Positions 1-13,157 of a stretch of 64,000 bases of DNA are shown here, piece after piece; the first letter of the stretch is position 1, and each line of letters starts with the position of its first letter. The position numbers and the translations under genes are program-made. The notes beneath the pieces are model-generated. The model was not told where the DNA came from and ran no database searches. It was given only the letters and a program-made list of their open reading frames with translations. This DNA comes from Planctomycetaceae bacterium (lineage in GTDB: Bacteria; Planctomycetota; PLA2). The stretch lies in assembly GCA_052388375.1 (NCBI GenBank), contig JBQTIG010000011.1, positions 92,080 to 156,079 of the forward strand. Direction: 5' to 3'.

Positions 1-342
1 TGTCGTCGCAACATCGGACTCCAGCCGCCCCGCGACCAGAAACCTCAGCCGATCGATGCCCCGCTGTTCCGCGAGAAGCCGCGCCCGTCGATGTCGGCGA
101 ACGCGAACGGCGCCTGGATCGAAGGCGCGAGCGCCGCCGCGACGCGCCCCTCCCCGCCCCCGAAATCGAGCATCCAGCCGCGGCAGCCCTCGAGCGCAGC
201 CCGCAGCGTCGCCGCCACATCCCCACGCCGCCGGAAAGCGTAGGCGAGCCTATCCGCGAGGCCGATCGGGTTCACGTCCCGATCCTCGCGCACCGGCGCG
301 CGGAAGGGGAGGGGGAGTCGCCCCCCCCGCACGCTCCGCGGC

Positions 343-3300
343 TCAGGAGCAGCCGGTCGTTGCCCCGCAGGTGTTGCACTTGAGGCAGGTCCCGTTGCGC
401 ACCAGGGTGAACTGGCCGCACTCGCCGCAGGGGTCCCCCTCGTAGCCGAGCATGCGAGCCCGCTTGGCGCGCTCCATCGCGGTCCAGGCGCCGTGCGCCG
501 CCTCCGCCACGAGCAGCTCGCGGGTCTCGATCAAGGTCTCGGACTTGACGGCGAATCCGCGCTCGAGGGCGGCGGGCACCGCGTGGTCCCCGTTCGTGTC
601 GCCGTTCCCGTTCCCGTGGTCCTGCGATTCGTGCTTCCCGGCGTTCGCGCCGCTGCGACGGATGCGGGACGGGATTAGTCCCCCCTTCACCGGCTCCTCG
701 CCGACGTACTCCGGCTCCACCTGGCGATTGAGCGCCTCGGGGCGCAGGTCCTCGGGCGTCACCTGTCCGAGATCGTCGCGGCCGAGGTAGGTGATGGCCA
801 GCTCGCGGAAGATGTAGTCGATGATGGAGGTGGCGATCTTGATGCGGTCGTTGCCCGTGACTGGTCCGTTGGGCTCGAATCGGCTGAAGACGAACGCCTC
901 GATGTACTCTTCGAGCGGGACTCCGTACTGGAAGCCGAGCGAGACCGAGATGGCGAAGGAGTTCATGAGGCTGCGGAACGCCGCCCCCTCCTTGTGCATG
1001 TCGAGGAAGATCTCGCCCAGGGTGCCGTCGTCGTACTCGCCGGTGCGGATGTAGACCTTGTGGCCGCCCACCATCGCCTTTTGCGTGTAGCCCTTGCGGC
1101 GGTTCGGCATGCGGCGCCGCTTGGCCAGATAGCGGTAGACGATCTTCTCGACCACCTTTTCCACTCGCCCCTGCGCGTCCCCGGCGAAGAGGAGGCTCGT
1201 GTCGTCCCCGACGGTCGTATTGAGCGGCTGGGAGAGCTTGCTCCCATCGCGATAGAGCGCGTTCGCCTTCAGCCCGAGCTTCCAGGAAAGGAGGTAGGCC
1301 TCCTTCACCTGCTCCACCGTGGCATCCTCGGGCATGTTGATCGTCTTGGAGATGGCTCCGCTGATGAAGGGCTGCGCGGCGGCCATCATGCGGGTGTGCG
1401 CCTCGGTGCCGAGCGCGCGCTGGCCGCGCCGCCCGCACCGGCTGGCGCAATCGAAGATGGGGTAGTGCTCGGGCCGCAGGTGGGGCGCGCCCTCGATGGT
1501 CATGGTGCCCAGGACGTGGTCGTTGGCAGCGCGGATCTGCTCGGCGGTGAAGCCGAGCGCTTCCAGGAGCCGGAAGGAGGACTCGGCAAGCTTCGCCTCG
1601 GGGATCCGGAGCTGCTCGCGGCAGAAGTCCGCGCCGAGGGTGCCGACATTGAAGACGAAGGAGAGGTCGAACGCCCCTTGGAGGGACTCCTCGATGCGGG
1701 AGAGCGCCTCCTCGTGGAATCCCTTGGCGCGCAGCGCCTCGTGGTTGACGTGGGGGGCGCCCCGGAGTGTTCCGGTGCCGCGGCCGTACCGGACGATGGC
1801 GTCGATCTGCTCTTTGGAATAGCCGAGGCGCCGGAGCGCCGGGGGGATCGACTCGTTGATGATCTTGAAGTACCCGCCGCCCGCGAGCTTCTTGTACTTG
1901 ACCAGGGCGAAGTCGGGCTCGATGCCGGTCGTGTCGCAATCCATCACGAGACCGATCGTCCCGGTGGGGGCGATGACGGTGGCCTGGGCGTTGCGGAAGC
2001 CGAGTTTCTCACCCAACTGGAGCGCCTGGTCCCAAGCCTTCCGCGCCGCCTGGAGGAGGTCGGGCGGGCAGTGCCGCTCCTCGATGCCCACCGGCAGGAT
2101 CGCGAGGCCCTCGTATTCGCCCTCGGGCGCGTCGTAGGCGGCGCGCCGGTGGTTCCGGATGACGCGGAGCATCGCCTCGCGGTTGCGCGCGAACCCGGCG
2201 AAGGGGCCCATCTGCGCCGCCATCTCGGCGCTGGCGGCGTAGGCGACGCCGGTGAGGATCGCCGTGATGGCGCCGGCGATCGCCCGCGCTTCCTCGCTGT
2301 CGTAGGGGATGCCGCGCACCATGAGATAGGTGCCCAGGTTTGCGTAACCCAGGCCGAGGGTGCGGAACTCGTGGCTCAGGCGCGCGATCTCGCGGCTCGG
2401 GAACTGCGCCATCGCGACGCTCGTTTCGAGGGTGAGCGTCCAGAGGCGGCAGGCGTGCCGGAACCCCTCGATGTCGAAGGCGCCGCTCTCCGGATGCGCG
2501 AAGCGCATGAGGTTCAGGGAGGCGAGGTTGCAGGCCGTGTTGTCGAGGAACATGTACTCGCTGCAGGGATTGCTCGCGCGGATACGCCCATCCTTGGGGC
2601 AGGTGTGCCACTCGTTGATGGTGGTGTCGAACTGGACGCCCGGATCGGCGCAGGCCCACGCGGCGTACGCGATCTCCTCCCACAACTCGCGGGCGGGGAG
2701 GGTCTTGGCCACCTTCCGCGCCGTGCGGTAGGTGAGGCGCCACTCCTCGTCGCGCTCCACCGACTCGAGAAACGCGTTGGTGATTCGCACGGAGTTGTTG
2801 CTGTTCTGGCCCGAGACCGTCAGGTAGGACTCGGAGGTCCAGCTCGTGTCGTAGGTGGGGAACTCGATGGAGGTGTACCCCTGCTTCGCCAGCTGGAGCA
2901 CGCGCCGGATGTAGTTCTCGGGGATCTCGGCGGCGCGCGCCGCGGCGACCGCGTCGCGCAGCCCGGGGTTCTTCGCCGCCTCGAACCGCGTCTCGGCATC
3001 GGGATACTCGTGGCACGCCTTCAGGACCGCGTTCAGGTGGCGCTGGGCAAGGCGCGACCCGGCCACCAGCGAAGCCACCTTCTGCTCCTCGCGCACCTTC
3101 CAATTGATGAACGCCTCGATGTCGGGGTGGTCGATGTCGACCACCACCATCTTGGCGGCGCGACGCGTGGTGCCCCCCGACTTGATGGCGCCCGCGGCGC
3201 GGTCGCCGATCTTCAGGAAGCTCATCAGCCCGGACGACTTGCCACCGCCGGAGAGCGCCTCGTTCTCGGCGCGGAGGTCGGAGAAGTTCGTGCCGGTTCC

Positions 3301-3987
3301 CGAGCCGTACTTGAAGAGGCGAGCCTCGCGGACCCAGAGGTCCATGATGCCGCCCTCGCCGACAAGGTCATCGGTCACGCCGGAGATGAAGCAGGCGTGG
3401 GGCTGCGGTCGGGAGTAGGCGTCCTTGCTGCGGAGGACGCGGGCGCTCTTGGAGTCGACGTAGTAGTGCCCTTGCGCCGGCCCATGGATCCCGTAGGCCC
3501 AATGGAGGCCGGTATTGAACCACTGGGGGCTGTTGGGCGCGGCCATCTGGCGCGCCAGCATGGCGCACATCTCCTCGTAGTAGACCCGCGCGTCCTCCTC
3601 GCGATCGAAGGCGCCTTCCCGGAAGGCCCAGTAGGTCCAGCAGCCCGCGAGCCGGTGGAAGACCTGGCGACAGTCCTCCTCCAACCCATTTCGTTCCAGC
3701 TCCGGCAGCTCGCTCATCGCCGCGACGTCCGCCTCGCTCCTCCAGAGCCACTCCGGCACCCCCTCCTCGGGCACCCTGCGCAGCCGGGCGGGCACGCCCG
3801 CCTTGCGGAAGTACTTCTGCGCCAAGACGTCGGTGGCGACCTGGCTCCAGAACGAGGGGACGATCACCCCGTCGCATTCGAACACGACCCTCCCGTCGGG
3901 CTCCACGATGCGCGAGGTGCGCGTGTCGAACTGGATCTCCCCATAGGGCCCTTCTCCCGCCCGCGTGAATCGCCGCTCGATCCTCAT
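343..3987 (-). CDS. nrdJ: Adenosylcobalamin-dependent (class II) ribonucleoside-diphosphate reductase, with C-terminal CxxC..CxxC zinc ribbon
   Basis: 1215 aa from internal Met MRIERRF of ORF 343..4377; conserved class II RNR core (glycyl-less, NrdJ motifs); C-terminal CGECGQ...CLKCNTCG; start ATG confirmed as cat at 3985-3987. Confidence 0.88.
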   Translation of the reverse strand: MRIERRFTRAGEGPYGEIQFDTRTSRIVEPDGRVVFECDGVIVPSFWSQVATDVLAQKYFRKAGVPARLRRVPEEGVPEWLWRSEADVAAMSELPELERNGLEEDCRQVFHRLAGCWTYWAFREGAFDREEDARVYYEEMCAMLARQMAAPNSPQWFNTGLHWAYGIHGPAQGHYYVDSKSARVLRSKDAYSRPQPHACFISGVTDDLVGEGGIMDLWVREARLFKYGSGTGTNFSDLRAENEALSGGGKSSGLMSFLKIGDRAAGAIKSGGTTRRAAKMVVVDIDHPDIEAFINWKVREEQKVASLVAGSRLAQRHLNAVLKACHEYPDAETRFEAAKNPGLRDAVAAARAAEIPENYIRRVLQLAKQGYTSIEFPTYDTSWTSESYLTVSGQNSNNSVRITNAFLESVERDEEWRLTYRTARKVAKTLPARELWEEIAYAAWACADPGVQFDTTINEWHTCPKDGRIRASNPCSEYMFLDNTACNLASLNLMRFAHPESGAFDIEGFRHACRLWTLTLETSVAMAQFPSREIARLSHEFRTLGLGYANLGTYLMVRGIPYDSEEARAIAGAITAILTGVAYAASAEMAAQMGPFAGFARNREAMLRVIRNHRRAAYDAPEGEYEGLAILPVGIEERHCPPDLLQAARKAWDQALQLGEKLGFRNAQATVIAPTGTIGLVMDCDTTGIEPDFALVKYKKLAGGGYFKIINESIPPALRRLGYSKEQIDAIVRYGRGTGTLRGAPHVNHEALRAKGFHEEALSRIEESLQGAFDLSFVFNVGTLGADFCREQLRIPEAKLAESSFRLLEALGFTAEQIRAANDHVLGTMTIEGAPHLRPEHYPIFDCASRCGRRGQRALGTEAHTRMMAAAQPFISGAISKTINMPEDATVEQVKEAYLLSWKLGLKANALYRDGSKLSQPLNTTVGDDTSLLFAGDAQGRVEKVVEKIVYRYLAKRRRMPNRRKGYTQKAMVGGHKVYIRTGEYDDGTLGEIFLDMHKEGAAFRSLMNSFAISVSLGFQYGVPLEEYIEAFVFSRFEPNGPVTGNDRIKIATSIIDYIFRELAITYLGRDDLGQVTPEDLRPEALNRQVEPEYVGEEPVKGGLIPSRIRRSGANAGKHESQDHGNGNGDTNGDHAVPAALERGFAVKSETLIETRELLVAEAAHGAWTAMERAKRARMLGYEGDPCGECGQFTLVRNGTCLKCNTCGATTGCS

Positions 3988-4112
3988 GCCGATCCTCCGT
4001 CCCGAATCCGTCCGATCCGTTCCCAACCGACCCGCAATCCATCCGCCCACCGAGTCGTCCGGGCCCCTCCCGGGGCCTCGCTCCGCCCGGGTGGCGGCGC
4101 GGGGAGCCGACG

Positions 4113-4159
4113 CTCCCATATGTAGTGTCGGATCATCGACCGTACACCATATATCGTGG
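4113..4159. promoter_or_regulatory. Two tandem NrdR boxes (about 31 bp centre-to-centre) in nrdJ upstream region
   Basis: CTCCCATATGTAGTGT (4113-4128) and ACACCATATATCGTGG (4144-4159) match NrdR 16-bp palindrome consensus acaCwAtATaTwGtgt; located 126-170 nt upstream of nrdJ start on the divergent intergenic region. Confidence 0.5.
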
Positions 4160-4319
4160 TTTTCAAGGGGAAACCGCAGCCCGCCCGTCCGAAGCGGGGG
4201 TCGATTTTCGGTCGGTGGGGGGACGGAATCCGGCCTGCGCGCGGAAACCGTGGGAGGGGGCGGGGAGGCCGGCCGCCGGCCTCGCGGCGACCTCGCCAGC
4301 CGCCCGTACAATCGCCCCG

Positions 4320-6203
4320 ATGCCCGCCCGCTTGGCCTATCCGGCCCTTGTGCTGCTCCTCGTGGCCCCCGCCGCATGGTTCCTGAGCGGTTGTTCAGAG
4401 GAGAGCCAGCCTGCTCCGCCTGAGCCCGGGCAATCGGCCTTGGCCCCGCCCCCTCCCGCGCTGGCGCCCCCCGCGGAGACGGAGGAGGAGTGGTTCGTGG
4501 ACGAAGCGGCTGCCCGCGGCATCACCCTGCTCAATCAGACCGGCGAGCCCCGCAACAAGGAGCTGATCATGGGCACCGTCGGACCGGGCTGCGCCTGGTT
4601 CGACGCCAACGGGGATGGGCTGCTCGATCTCTACATCGTGAATGGCACCTGGCTCGTGGGGGGCCGCCGCGAAGAGGTCTATTCGGGTCCGGATCGGCCG
4701 CGCAACGCGCTCTACATGCAGCAGCCGGACGGGACGTTCCGGGACGAGGCGCGTGCGCGCGGCGTGGATGACGACGCCTGGGGCTTCGGCGCCTGCGCCT
4801 TCGATTTCGACAACGACGGGGACCAGGATCTCTACGTGGCCAACCTGGGGCCGAATCGGCTCTACCGCAACGACGGCCAGGGGGGGTTCGTCGACATCGC
4901 CGCCGAGGCCGGCGTCGCGGGGGTCAAGGCGGACTGGTCGACGGGCGCCGCCGTGGGGGACTACGACCGCGACGGCCTGCTCGACCTCTACGTCTCCAAT
5001 TACGCGGACATGTTCCTCTGGCTGCGGGAGGCGGGCCAAGTGCGGCGCGACGAACAGGGAAACGTCACCGATGCCCGCACCTGCGAGTGGCAGCGGCTCC
5101 GCGTCTACTGCGGGCCGGTCGGCCTCCCCAAGCAGCAGCACTACCTGTTCCGCAATCTGGGGAAGGGTCGCTTCGAGGACGTCACCAAGTCCAGCCGCGT
5201 CTGGCGGCCGGAGGCGGAAGGGGGCCCCGAATATGGCTTCCAGCCGCTCTTCACCGACTTGAACAAGGATGGCTGGCCCGACATCTACGTCGCGAACGAC
5301 TCCGTCCCCGCGTTCTTCTTCGAGAACCAGCGCGACGGCACGTTCCGCGAGTGCGCCGCAGCCTACGGCATCCAGTTGAGCTCCACGGGCGCGGAGATGG
5401 CGGGCATGGGCGCGGATAGCTGCGACATCAACGAGGACGGCTGGCCCGATCTCCACAAGACCAACTTCGCCGACGACACCAACAGCCTCTACATCGCGGA
5501 GCCGGTGCAGGGGATGCCGCTCACCTTCCGCGACCACTCCGACCGCGCCGGCATCCGTCAGGTGGTCTACAAGGACCTCGCCTGGGGGGTCCTGGTCTTC
5601 GACTACGACCACGACGGGGACCGCGACCTCTTCTACGCCAACGGCCACGTCTATCCCGAGGTGGACGGGGTCGAGGGATTGAACATGAAGTTCGAGCAGA
5701 CCAACCGCCTCCTGCGCAACGACAGCACGCGCAGGGCGGGGGGCGGGGTCCGGCTCGCCTTCAAGGACGTCTCGGCCACGAGCGGACCGGGCATGCGCAT
5801 CGAGAAGTGCTCGCGCGGGGCGGCGATGGCGGACTTCGACAACGACGGTGATCTCGACATCCTCGTGGTCAATCTGAACGACAAGCCCAATCTCCTGGTG
5901 AACCGCCTGGGCCAGTCGCGCGGGCACTGGTTGACGATCCGCCTGCGCGGGGATCCCGCCCGCGGCACGAACCGCGATGCCGTCGGCGCCAAGCTCTGGA
6001 TCGACGACGGCCGGCGGCGCCAGTACGTCGAGACGCTCCGCGGCCAGAGCTTCCTCAGCTGCAACGACCCGCGCGTGCATGTCGGGCTCGGCGCGGGGGC
6101 GGGTCCCATCCGGATCGAGATCGTCTGGCCGGACGCCGCCCAAAGCCGGTCCTCGCACACCGTCGAGACGGGCGATCGCGAGATCCTGATCGAGCAGCCC
6201 TGA
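4320..6203 (+). CDS. CRTAC1-family lipoprotein with FG-GAP/VCBS repeats and C-terminal ASPIC/UnbV domain
   Basis: Signal peptide plus lipobox LSGC; repeated DxDGDGxxDLYVxN motifs; C-terminal UnbV_ASPIC-like segment; start at internal Met MPARLAY of ORF 4125..6203. Confidence 0.75.
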   Translation: MPARLAYPALVLLLVAPAAWFLSGCSEESQPAPPEPGQSALAPPPPALAPPAETEEEWFVDEAAARGITLLNQTGEPRNKELIMGTVGPGCAWFDANGDGLLDLYIVNGTWLVGGRREEVYSGPDRPRNALYMQQPDGTFRDEARARGVDDDAWGFGACAFDFDNDGDQDLYVANLGPNRLYRNDGQGGFVDIAAEAGVAGVKADWSTGAAVGDYDRDGLLDLYVSNYADMFLWLREAGQVRRDEQGNVTDARTCEWQRLRVYCGPVGLPKQQHYLFRNLGKGRFEDVTKSSRVWRPEAEGGPEYGFQPLFTDLNKDGWPDIYVANDSVPAFFFENQRDGTFRECAAAYGIQLSSTGAEMAGMGADSCDINEDGWPDLHKTNFADDTNSLYIAEPVQGMPLTFRDHSDRAGIRQVVYKDLAWGVLVFDYDHDGDRDLFYANGHVYPEVDGVEGLNMKFEQTNRLLRNDSTRRAGGGVRLAFKDVSATSGPGMRIEKCSRGAAMADFDNDGDLDILVVNLNDKPNLLVNRLGQSRGHWLTIRLRGDPARGTNRDAVGAKLWIDDGRRRQYVETLRGQSFLSCNDPRVHVGLGAGAGPIRIEIVWPDAAQSRSSHTVETGDREILIEQP

Positions 6204-6212
6204 GCGCCGCGC

Positions 6213-7424
6213 TCAGCAGCGCGCTTTCCCGCGGTGGTCGAAGCGCTCCTTGCCGAGCACTTCCTCCTTTTTCGTCTCGTGCAACCGCTCGTAGCGCGCG
6301 AGCTTCTCCGGCTCGCGCAGGAGGCGGTAGATGCGCGTGAGGTGCCAGTAGGCAGGAGGGCACTCGGGGCGCACCTCCACTTGGCGCAGCAACAACGCCT
6401 CCACCTCCCGGATCAGTCCCATGTGCGCCTCCACCTCCGCGGGGTGGACCCGGGTGTCCATGATCTCGGCCATCTCGCAGACGAGCCGGTAGGTATCCTC
6501 CTCGCGCAAGGCAAGGATCGAGGCGCGGTAGAGCGCCAGCGCGGCGTCCATCGCAGGGCCCTCCGGGTCGCGCAGCGCCTCGATCTTGGCCGCCAGGCAG
6601 CGCGCCGAGACGATCTCGAAGCCCTTCGCGTCGGGCCCCGCCTCGGCGAGCACCTTTCGCGCCTCGTCGGTGCGCTCGCCGCGCAGGAGGATGACGGCGA
6701 TGCCCGCCAGCATCTCCTCCTTGCGCCCGGGCGCCAGCTCCATCACCTGCCGCAGCCGAGCCATCGCCGCCTCGTCCCGATTCATCTGCTCGTCGACGAT
6801 GGCGAAGTTCTGCAGGAATTCCTCGCGAGCCGGGTGGTCCTCGGCGAGGTGCGTCTCCACCTGCACGAGATACTCATCCGCGCGCTGCCAGTTGCCGAAC
6901 ATGATCATCCGCTGGGCGAGACTGAGCGCGGCGATGGCGTAGGCGGTCTTCACATTGCCATCGAGCCCCACCTCGGCGTAGGGCGCGAAGCTGTCCGCCC
7001 TGCAGGTGATCGCGCGGGAAAGCCGTTCGTAGGCGCGGGGGTGGTCGCCGGCGATATTCGCGATGAGCCCCTCGAGGTAGAGCGCGAGGGGGTCGGTGTA
7101 GTTCAGGTCGGCCCGGGCGATCATCCGCTCGGTGAGCTTCTGCGCCTGCTTGAGCGTTTCGGCCCTGCGTGCGAGGTCCTCCATGCGTCGCCCGATCTCC
7201 GTCGTGCAGAGGGCGGTCCAGAAATAGCCCCGCCAATTCTTGGGAAGCAGCCGCGTGCACTCGTCGAAGCTGGCGAGCGCCTTGGGCCAGTCGCGGGCGA
7301 TGTAGGCCTGGAGTCCGGCGTTGTAGGCGACCACGAAGGGGTCCTCCTCGGCTCGGGCGCGCGGCGCGGGAAGGAGGAGGAGCGCGGGAAGGAGGAGCGC
7401 GAGCCTCACGGCACGTCGCTCCAT
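6213..7424 (-). CDS. Secreted TPR-like repeat protein
   Basis: 403 aa from MERRAVRLALLLPALLLLPAPRARA signal peptide; helical repeat composition; rest of the 857-aa ORF upstream is a different frame. Confidence 0.55.
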   Translation of the reverse strand: MERRAVRLALLLPALLLLPAPRARAEEDPFVVAYNAGLQAYIARDWPKALASFDECTRLLPKNWRGYFWTALCTTEIGRRMEDLARRAETLKQAQKLTERMIARADLNYTDPLALYLEGLIANIAGDHPRAYERLSRAITCRADSFAPYAEVGLDGNVKTAYAIAALSLAQRMIMFGNWQRADEYLVQVETHLAEDHPAREEFLQNFAIVDEQMNRDEAAMARLRQVMELAPGRKEEMLAGIAVILLRGERTDEARKVLAEAGPDAKGFEIVSARCLAAKIEALRDPEGPAMDAALALYRASILALREEDTYRLVCEMAEIMDTRVHPAEVEAHMGLIREVEALLLRQVEVRPECPPAYWHLTRIYRLLREPEKLARYERLHETKKEEVLGKERFDHRGKARC

Positions 7425-8698
7425 TGCACGACGCGTAGGCCACGCGATCCGCCGCAGCAGAGCAGGAACCGCCCGGTCGCGGAGGAGCGCGGGGCGAGGC
7501 CGCGGAGCACGATCGGGGAGGCGAAAATCACCTCGGCGGCCTGCGTGAAGCTGATTCCGCCCACGTTGAGATAGACCTTCACCCGGTCCCCCGCGCCCAC
7601 GGCCAGGGAGCCTCCCGTTCCCGCGACCGCGATGGTGCTCGCGCCGGAATCGGCGACGGGCGCCGTGGGAACCGGGACGACCGGATTGGCCAGATTGAAG
7701 GTGGCGACGGTCCCGCGTCCCGCGACATAGAGCGTCGTCCCTTCGCGGGCGAGATCGAGGCCGAAGTTGCCCGGCCCCGCGATGGGGTCGGTGGCGAGGT
7801 TGGCGAAGTTGCCCGCCACGGCTATGACGCTGGCGGTGGTCACCGTCGGGACGGGAAGCAGCGTGATGGCGAGGATCCCGAACACGCCTCCCGACTGGAC
7901 GCTGACGTAGGCGTTGGTTCCGTTCACCAGGACGTCGAGGAAGCGGTCCACCGGCGGCGTGACCGACGCGAAGCCGGGGCCCGCCGACCAGCTGCCGGGA
8001 GTACCGGGCAGGATCGTGCCGGTGGCCAGGGTGGGGCCGCCCGTCGCCACGAGGAAGGCATTCGAGGCGCCCGATACCCCCCCGGCCTTCCCGTTCGCGT
8101 CGCCGGGAGCGGCAATGACGCCGGGCCCGGACCGGAGCAGCATCGCCGCCGAGAAGTCGTGCGGGCCGGGAGTCGCGAGGATTCCGAGCAGCGTCGGGAT
8201 GTGGAAGATCGTCAGCCCGTTCCCATCGGCGTCGACGGCGCCGGCGCCGACGGCGAGGCATACGAGGTAGATCTCGTCCACGACGGCCAGGGCGTCCACC
8301 CGCCCCCCCGCCAGGGCCGCCGGCGGCGTGGTCAGGCTCGAAGCGCGTAAGGTCCCCCGATACGCGGTGGAGGAGATCGCGTTGGGTGCGGTGGCGTCGA
8401 CGATGTGGACGCCCTCCGTGCCCGCCGCGAGGAAGGCGAGGGTCTGCGCTCCGACCACCGCCAGGGCGATGTTGCGGACGTCCCCGGTCACGCCCTGCGC
8501 ATCGTCGAGGAACGCGGTCTCCTTGGGCGTGAAGGTGTCCCCGCCCCCCCCTCCGCCGCCTCCGCCCCCGCCCCCTCCTCCGCGGTCCCCGCCGGGGAAC
8601 TGGTCCGCGGGGAACTGGTGCCAGATGTCGGCAAGTGTCCCGCCGCCGCAAGAGGGGAGGAGCGCGCAGAAGAGGACGAGGAGCGGAGAGCGGAGCAT
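7406..8698 (-). CDS. Lipoprotein, putative beta-propeller (LVIVD/YncE-like repeats) with poly-Gly linker
   Basis: Start MLRSPLLVLFCALLPSCGGG lipobox; 14-residue Gly run after lipobox; repeated beta-strand rich units. Confidence 0.55.
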   Translation of the reverse strand: MLRSPLLVLFCALLPSCGGGTLADIWHQFPADQFPGGDRGGGGGGGGGGGGGGDTFTPKETAFLDDAQGVTGDVRNIALAVVGAQTLAFLAAGTEGVHIVDATAPNAISSTAYRGTLRASSLTTPPAALAGGRVDALAVVDEIYLVCLAVGAGAVDADGNGLTIFHIPTLLGILATPGPHDFSAAMLLRSGPGVIAAPGDANGKAGGVSGASNAFLVATGGPTLATGTILPGTPGSWSAGPGFASVTPPVDRFLDVLVNGTNAYVSVQSGGVFGILAITLLPVPTVTTASVIAVAGNFANLATDPIAGPGNFGLDLAREGTTLYVAGRGTVATFNLANPVVPVPTAPVADSGASTIAVAGTGGSLAVGAGDRVKVYLNVGGISFTQAAEVIFASPIVLRGLAPRSSATGRFLLCCGGSRGLRVVQWSDVP

Positions 8699-8789
8699 GA
8701 GCGGTGGACTGCAATTGTAACTCCCGCCCTCCACGACGTTTCCGCCGCTTGATTTTGGGTGCGGCAGGGATAGGTTGGGGGACCACGCC

Positions 8790-8867
8790 GGTGGATATAG
8801 CTCAGTTGGTTAGAGCACCAGACTGTGGATCTGGGGGTCGGCGGTTCAAATCCGCTTATCCACCCCA
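8790..8867 (+). tRNA. tRNA-His (GTG) with G-1 and encoded CCA
   Basis: GGTGGATATAGCTCAGTTGGTTAGAGC...anticodon loop CTGTGGA...TTCAAATCCGCTTATCCACCCCA; antisense ORF 8488..8868 has typical tRNA-derived translation. Confidence 0.85.
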
Positions 8868-8915
8868 TTGGGCGCGCGGTCCCGGGGCCTCCCGGGGCCG
8901 CGCCCGCTCTGAACG

Positions 8916-9338
8916 CTAGACCTCTTCGTCAAACTCCTCGTCGAGTTCCTCCGCAGGCGGCTCGGTCCCCGCCGGCGGCGGCGGGTCGCCCCGCTGGCGC
9001 GCCAGCTCGGCCAGGATCTCCTGGACACGCAGCGCCTTCTCCCCGGTTTCGTCGAAGTGGAAGAGCAGCCGCGGCGTGGTGCGGGTGCCGAGGTCGCCGG
9101 CCACGGCGCCCTGCAGCCGCCCGCGGGCGTGCTCGAGGGCGTGGGCGGCCTTGGACCGGTCGGCCTCGCTCCCGATGCAGGACCAGTTCACGCGGGCGAT
9201 TCCCAGATCGGCGCTCAGGCGCACCCGGGTGACGGTCACGAGCCTCAGGCGCGGATCGAGCAGGCCGTGGGAGATCAGGGGTGCCAGGGTGTGCAGGATC
9301 TGCTTCTCCAGGCGGCGCAGGCGGCGGTCGTCGGGCAT
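8916..9338 (-). CDS. rbfA: Ribosome-binding factor A
   Basis: 140 aa from MPDDRRLRRLEKQILHTL; RbfA KH-like core; position after infB/DUF503; acidic C-terminal tail. Confidence 0.85.
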   Translation of the reverse strand: MPDDRRLRRLEKQILHTLAPLISHGLLDPRLRLVTVTRVRLSADLGIARVNWSCIGSEADRSKAAHALEHARGRLQGAVAGDLGTRTTPRLLFHFDETGEKALRVQEILAELARQRGDPPPPAGTEPPAEELDEEFDEEV

Positions 9339-9619
9339 CAGATCACCTCGAGTTGATGGTCGGTCACGCGAGCTTCCCGGTGGCGCATCAGGTGGTTCAG
9401 GACTCTCTGGAGCAGGCCCCGCACGTGCTTGGCATCGTTGCTCGCGGCGCAGAACCCGAGGCCGGAACTCTGCCAGAGATCCAGGTCCGACACCTCGGCG
9501 GCGCTCACGTTGAACCCGGCGCGGATCCGGTCCAGCACGGACCGCACGATCCGCCTCTTCTCCTTCAGGGAGAGGCAACCCTCGAGGGAGAGGGAGACCT
9601 GCAAGATGCCGACGTACAT
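9338..9619 (-). CDS. DUF503 (YlxP-like) protein
   Basis: 93 aa; conserved position between infB and rbfA; 1-nt TGATG overlap with rbfA. Confidence 0.8.
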   Translation of the reverse strand: MYVGILQVSLSLEGCLSLKEKRRIVRSVLDRIRAGFNVSAAEVSDLDLWQSSGLGFCAASNDAKHVRGLLQRVLNHLMRHREARVTDHQLEVI

Positions 9620-9652
9620 GGCCCGCGCCTCCCGGGGGGTGGGGGAGCCGGG

Positions 9653-11821
<2,169 letters not shown>

Positions 11822-11823
11822 GG

Positions 11824-12900
11824 CTACTTCCTGCCTTCCAGGTCCGGCTCCTCGACGTCGGTGGCGCCGGTGAGGCCGGCGCCGCCGAGTTCGATATCGT
11901 CGTCGAATCGGCCGATGCGGTCGGGGGACTCCTCGAGTTCGGCCGATCCCGCCTCGAGTTCGCTTTCGGTCAGGATGCTGATGTCCCACTTGCAGAGCTT
12001 GGCGGCGAGGCGCACGTTCTGGCCCCGCCGTCCGATCGCCAGGGAGAGTTGGTCGTCGTCGACGATGACCTTGGCCCGCATGTTCTCGGAATCAAGGTTG
12101 ATGTAGTTCACCTGGGCCGGCTTGAGGGCGTTGGCGATGAGCTCTTCCGCCTGGTCGCTCCAGCGGATGATGTCCACCTTCTCGCCGCGCAGCTCGTCCA
12201 GGACGTTCTTGATCCGCGTGCCGCGCACTCCGACGCAGGCGCCGATGGCGTCCACCTTGCCATCCAGCGACTGGACGGCCATCTTGGTCTTGTAGCCCGC
12301 CTCGCGCACCAGCCCCTTCACGCCGATGAGCCCTTCCGCCAGCTCCGGCACCTCGAGCTCGAAGAGCTTCTTGATGAAGTCCGGATGGCTGCGGCTCAGG
12401 ATGATCTTCACCTTCTGGCCCGCCTTCTTCAGGTCGAGGACGAAGGCGCGCAGGCGATCCCCGACATGGTAGTCCTCGCCGCGCACCTGCTCGTGCTTGG
12501 GCAGGATCCCCTCCGTCTTGCCGAGGTTGACGATGATCGTCCCGCCCTCGAACCGCTGGATGCCCCCCGTGAGGATGCCGTGGAGGTTGGGGACGAATTC
12601 GTCGTAGATTACGTCCCGCTCCGCCTCGCGGATTTTCTGGATGATGACCTGCTTGGCGGTCTGGGCGGCGATGCGCCCCAGATCCAGCGGGATGGTCACC
12701 CGCCCCTCCGGCGTCTCCTCGAAGGCCCGGATTTCGCCGGTGGTGCGGTCGATCCGGACGGCGATCTCGCCTTCCGTCCCGTACTGGCGGCGGGCGGCGG
12801 TGAGGAGTGCCGACTCGATCCCCTCGAAGAGGGCATCGGGGTCGATGTCCTTCTCGCGGTGGATCGTATCGACGATCCGCAGCAACTCGGCGCCCTGCAT
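11824..12900 (-). CDS. nusA: Transcription termination/antitermination factor NusA (short form without AR domains)
   Basis: 358 aa from MQGAELLRIVDTIHREKDID; S1 and KH domains; upstream of infB. Confidence 0.9.
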   Translation of the reverse strand: MQGAELLRIVDTIHREKDIDPDALFEGIESALLTAARRQYGTEGEIAVRIDRTTGEIRAFEETPEGRVTIPLDLGRIAAQTAKQVIIQKIREAERDVIYDEFVPNLHGILTGGIQRFEGGTIIVNLGKTEGILPKHEQVRGEDYHVGDRLRAFVLDLKKAGQKVKIILSRSHPDFIKKLFELEVPELAEGLIGVKGLVREAGYKTKMAVQSLDGKVDAIGACVGVRGTRIKNVLDELRGEKVDIIRWSDQAEELIANALKPAQVNYINLDSENMRAKVIVDDDQLSLAIGRRGQNVRLAAKLCKWDISILTESELEAGSAELEESPDRIGRFDDDIELGGAGLTGATDVEEPDLEGRK

Positions 12901-13157
12901 CCGGCCTCCCTTGCAGGTGCTTCCGCGCTCGCAGAAACGGCCTACAAAAGAGAAGAAGTGGGCGTCGACCCACTTCCTGTCCGCACGACGCGGGCGCGAG
13001 CTAGGAAGCACTCTCCAAACCTATGAACCTATGCGCAATCGCATGGAAGTCAAGGGAGGGGGGCGGGGGCAGGCCCGCGGGGGGCGCGGCTCCCCTCCGC
13101 CTGGGGCGCGCGCGGCTTTCCGGGGACCGCCCTCTTCGTCCGCGTAGAATCGGGCCC

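Noticed and set aside
272-4125. Long ORFs 272..1939(-), 994..4125(+), 2009..3103(-) overlapping nrdJ
   Set aside because: Arg/Pro/Gly-rich low-complexity translations in alternative frames of a well-supported gene. They are the typical stop-free shadow ORFs of 70% GC DNA.
4395-6158. ORF 4395..6158(-), 587 aa, antisense to the CRTAC1 lipoprotein
   Set aside because: The translation is low-complexity (Ala/Val/Asp/Gly runs mirroring the sense gene) with no domain signatures; the sense gene has clear motifs.
12901-13157. Possible TPP riboswitch upstream of HPS-RraA/thiS/thiG operon
   Set aside because: No CTGAGA box or the conserved ACCUGAUCUGGAUAAUGCCAGCG-like pyrimidine-sensor helix could be found by eye. 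It would need an Rfam scan to be sure.
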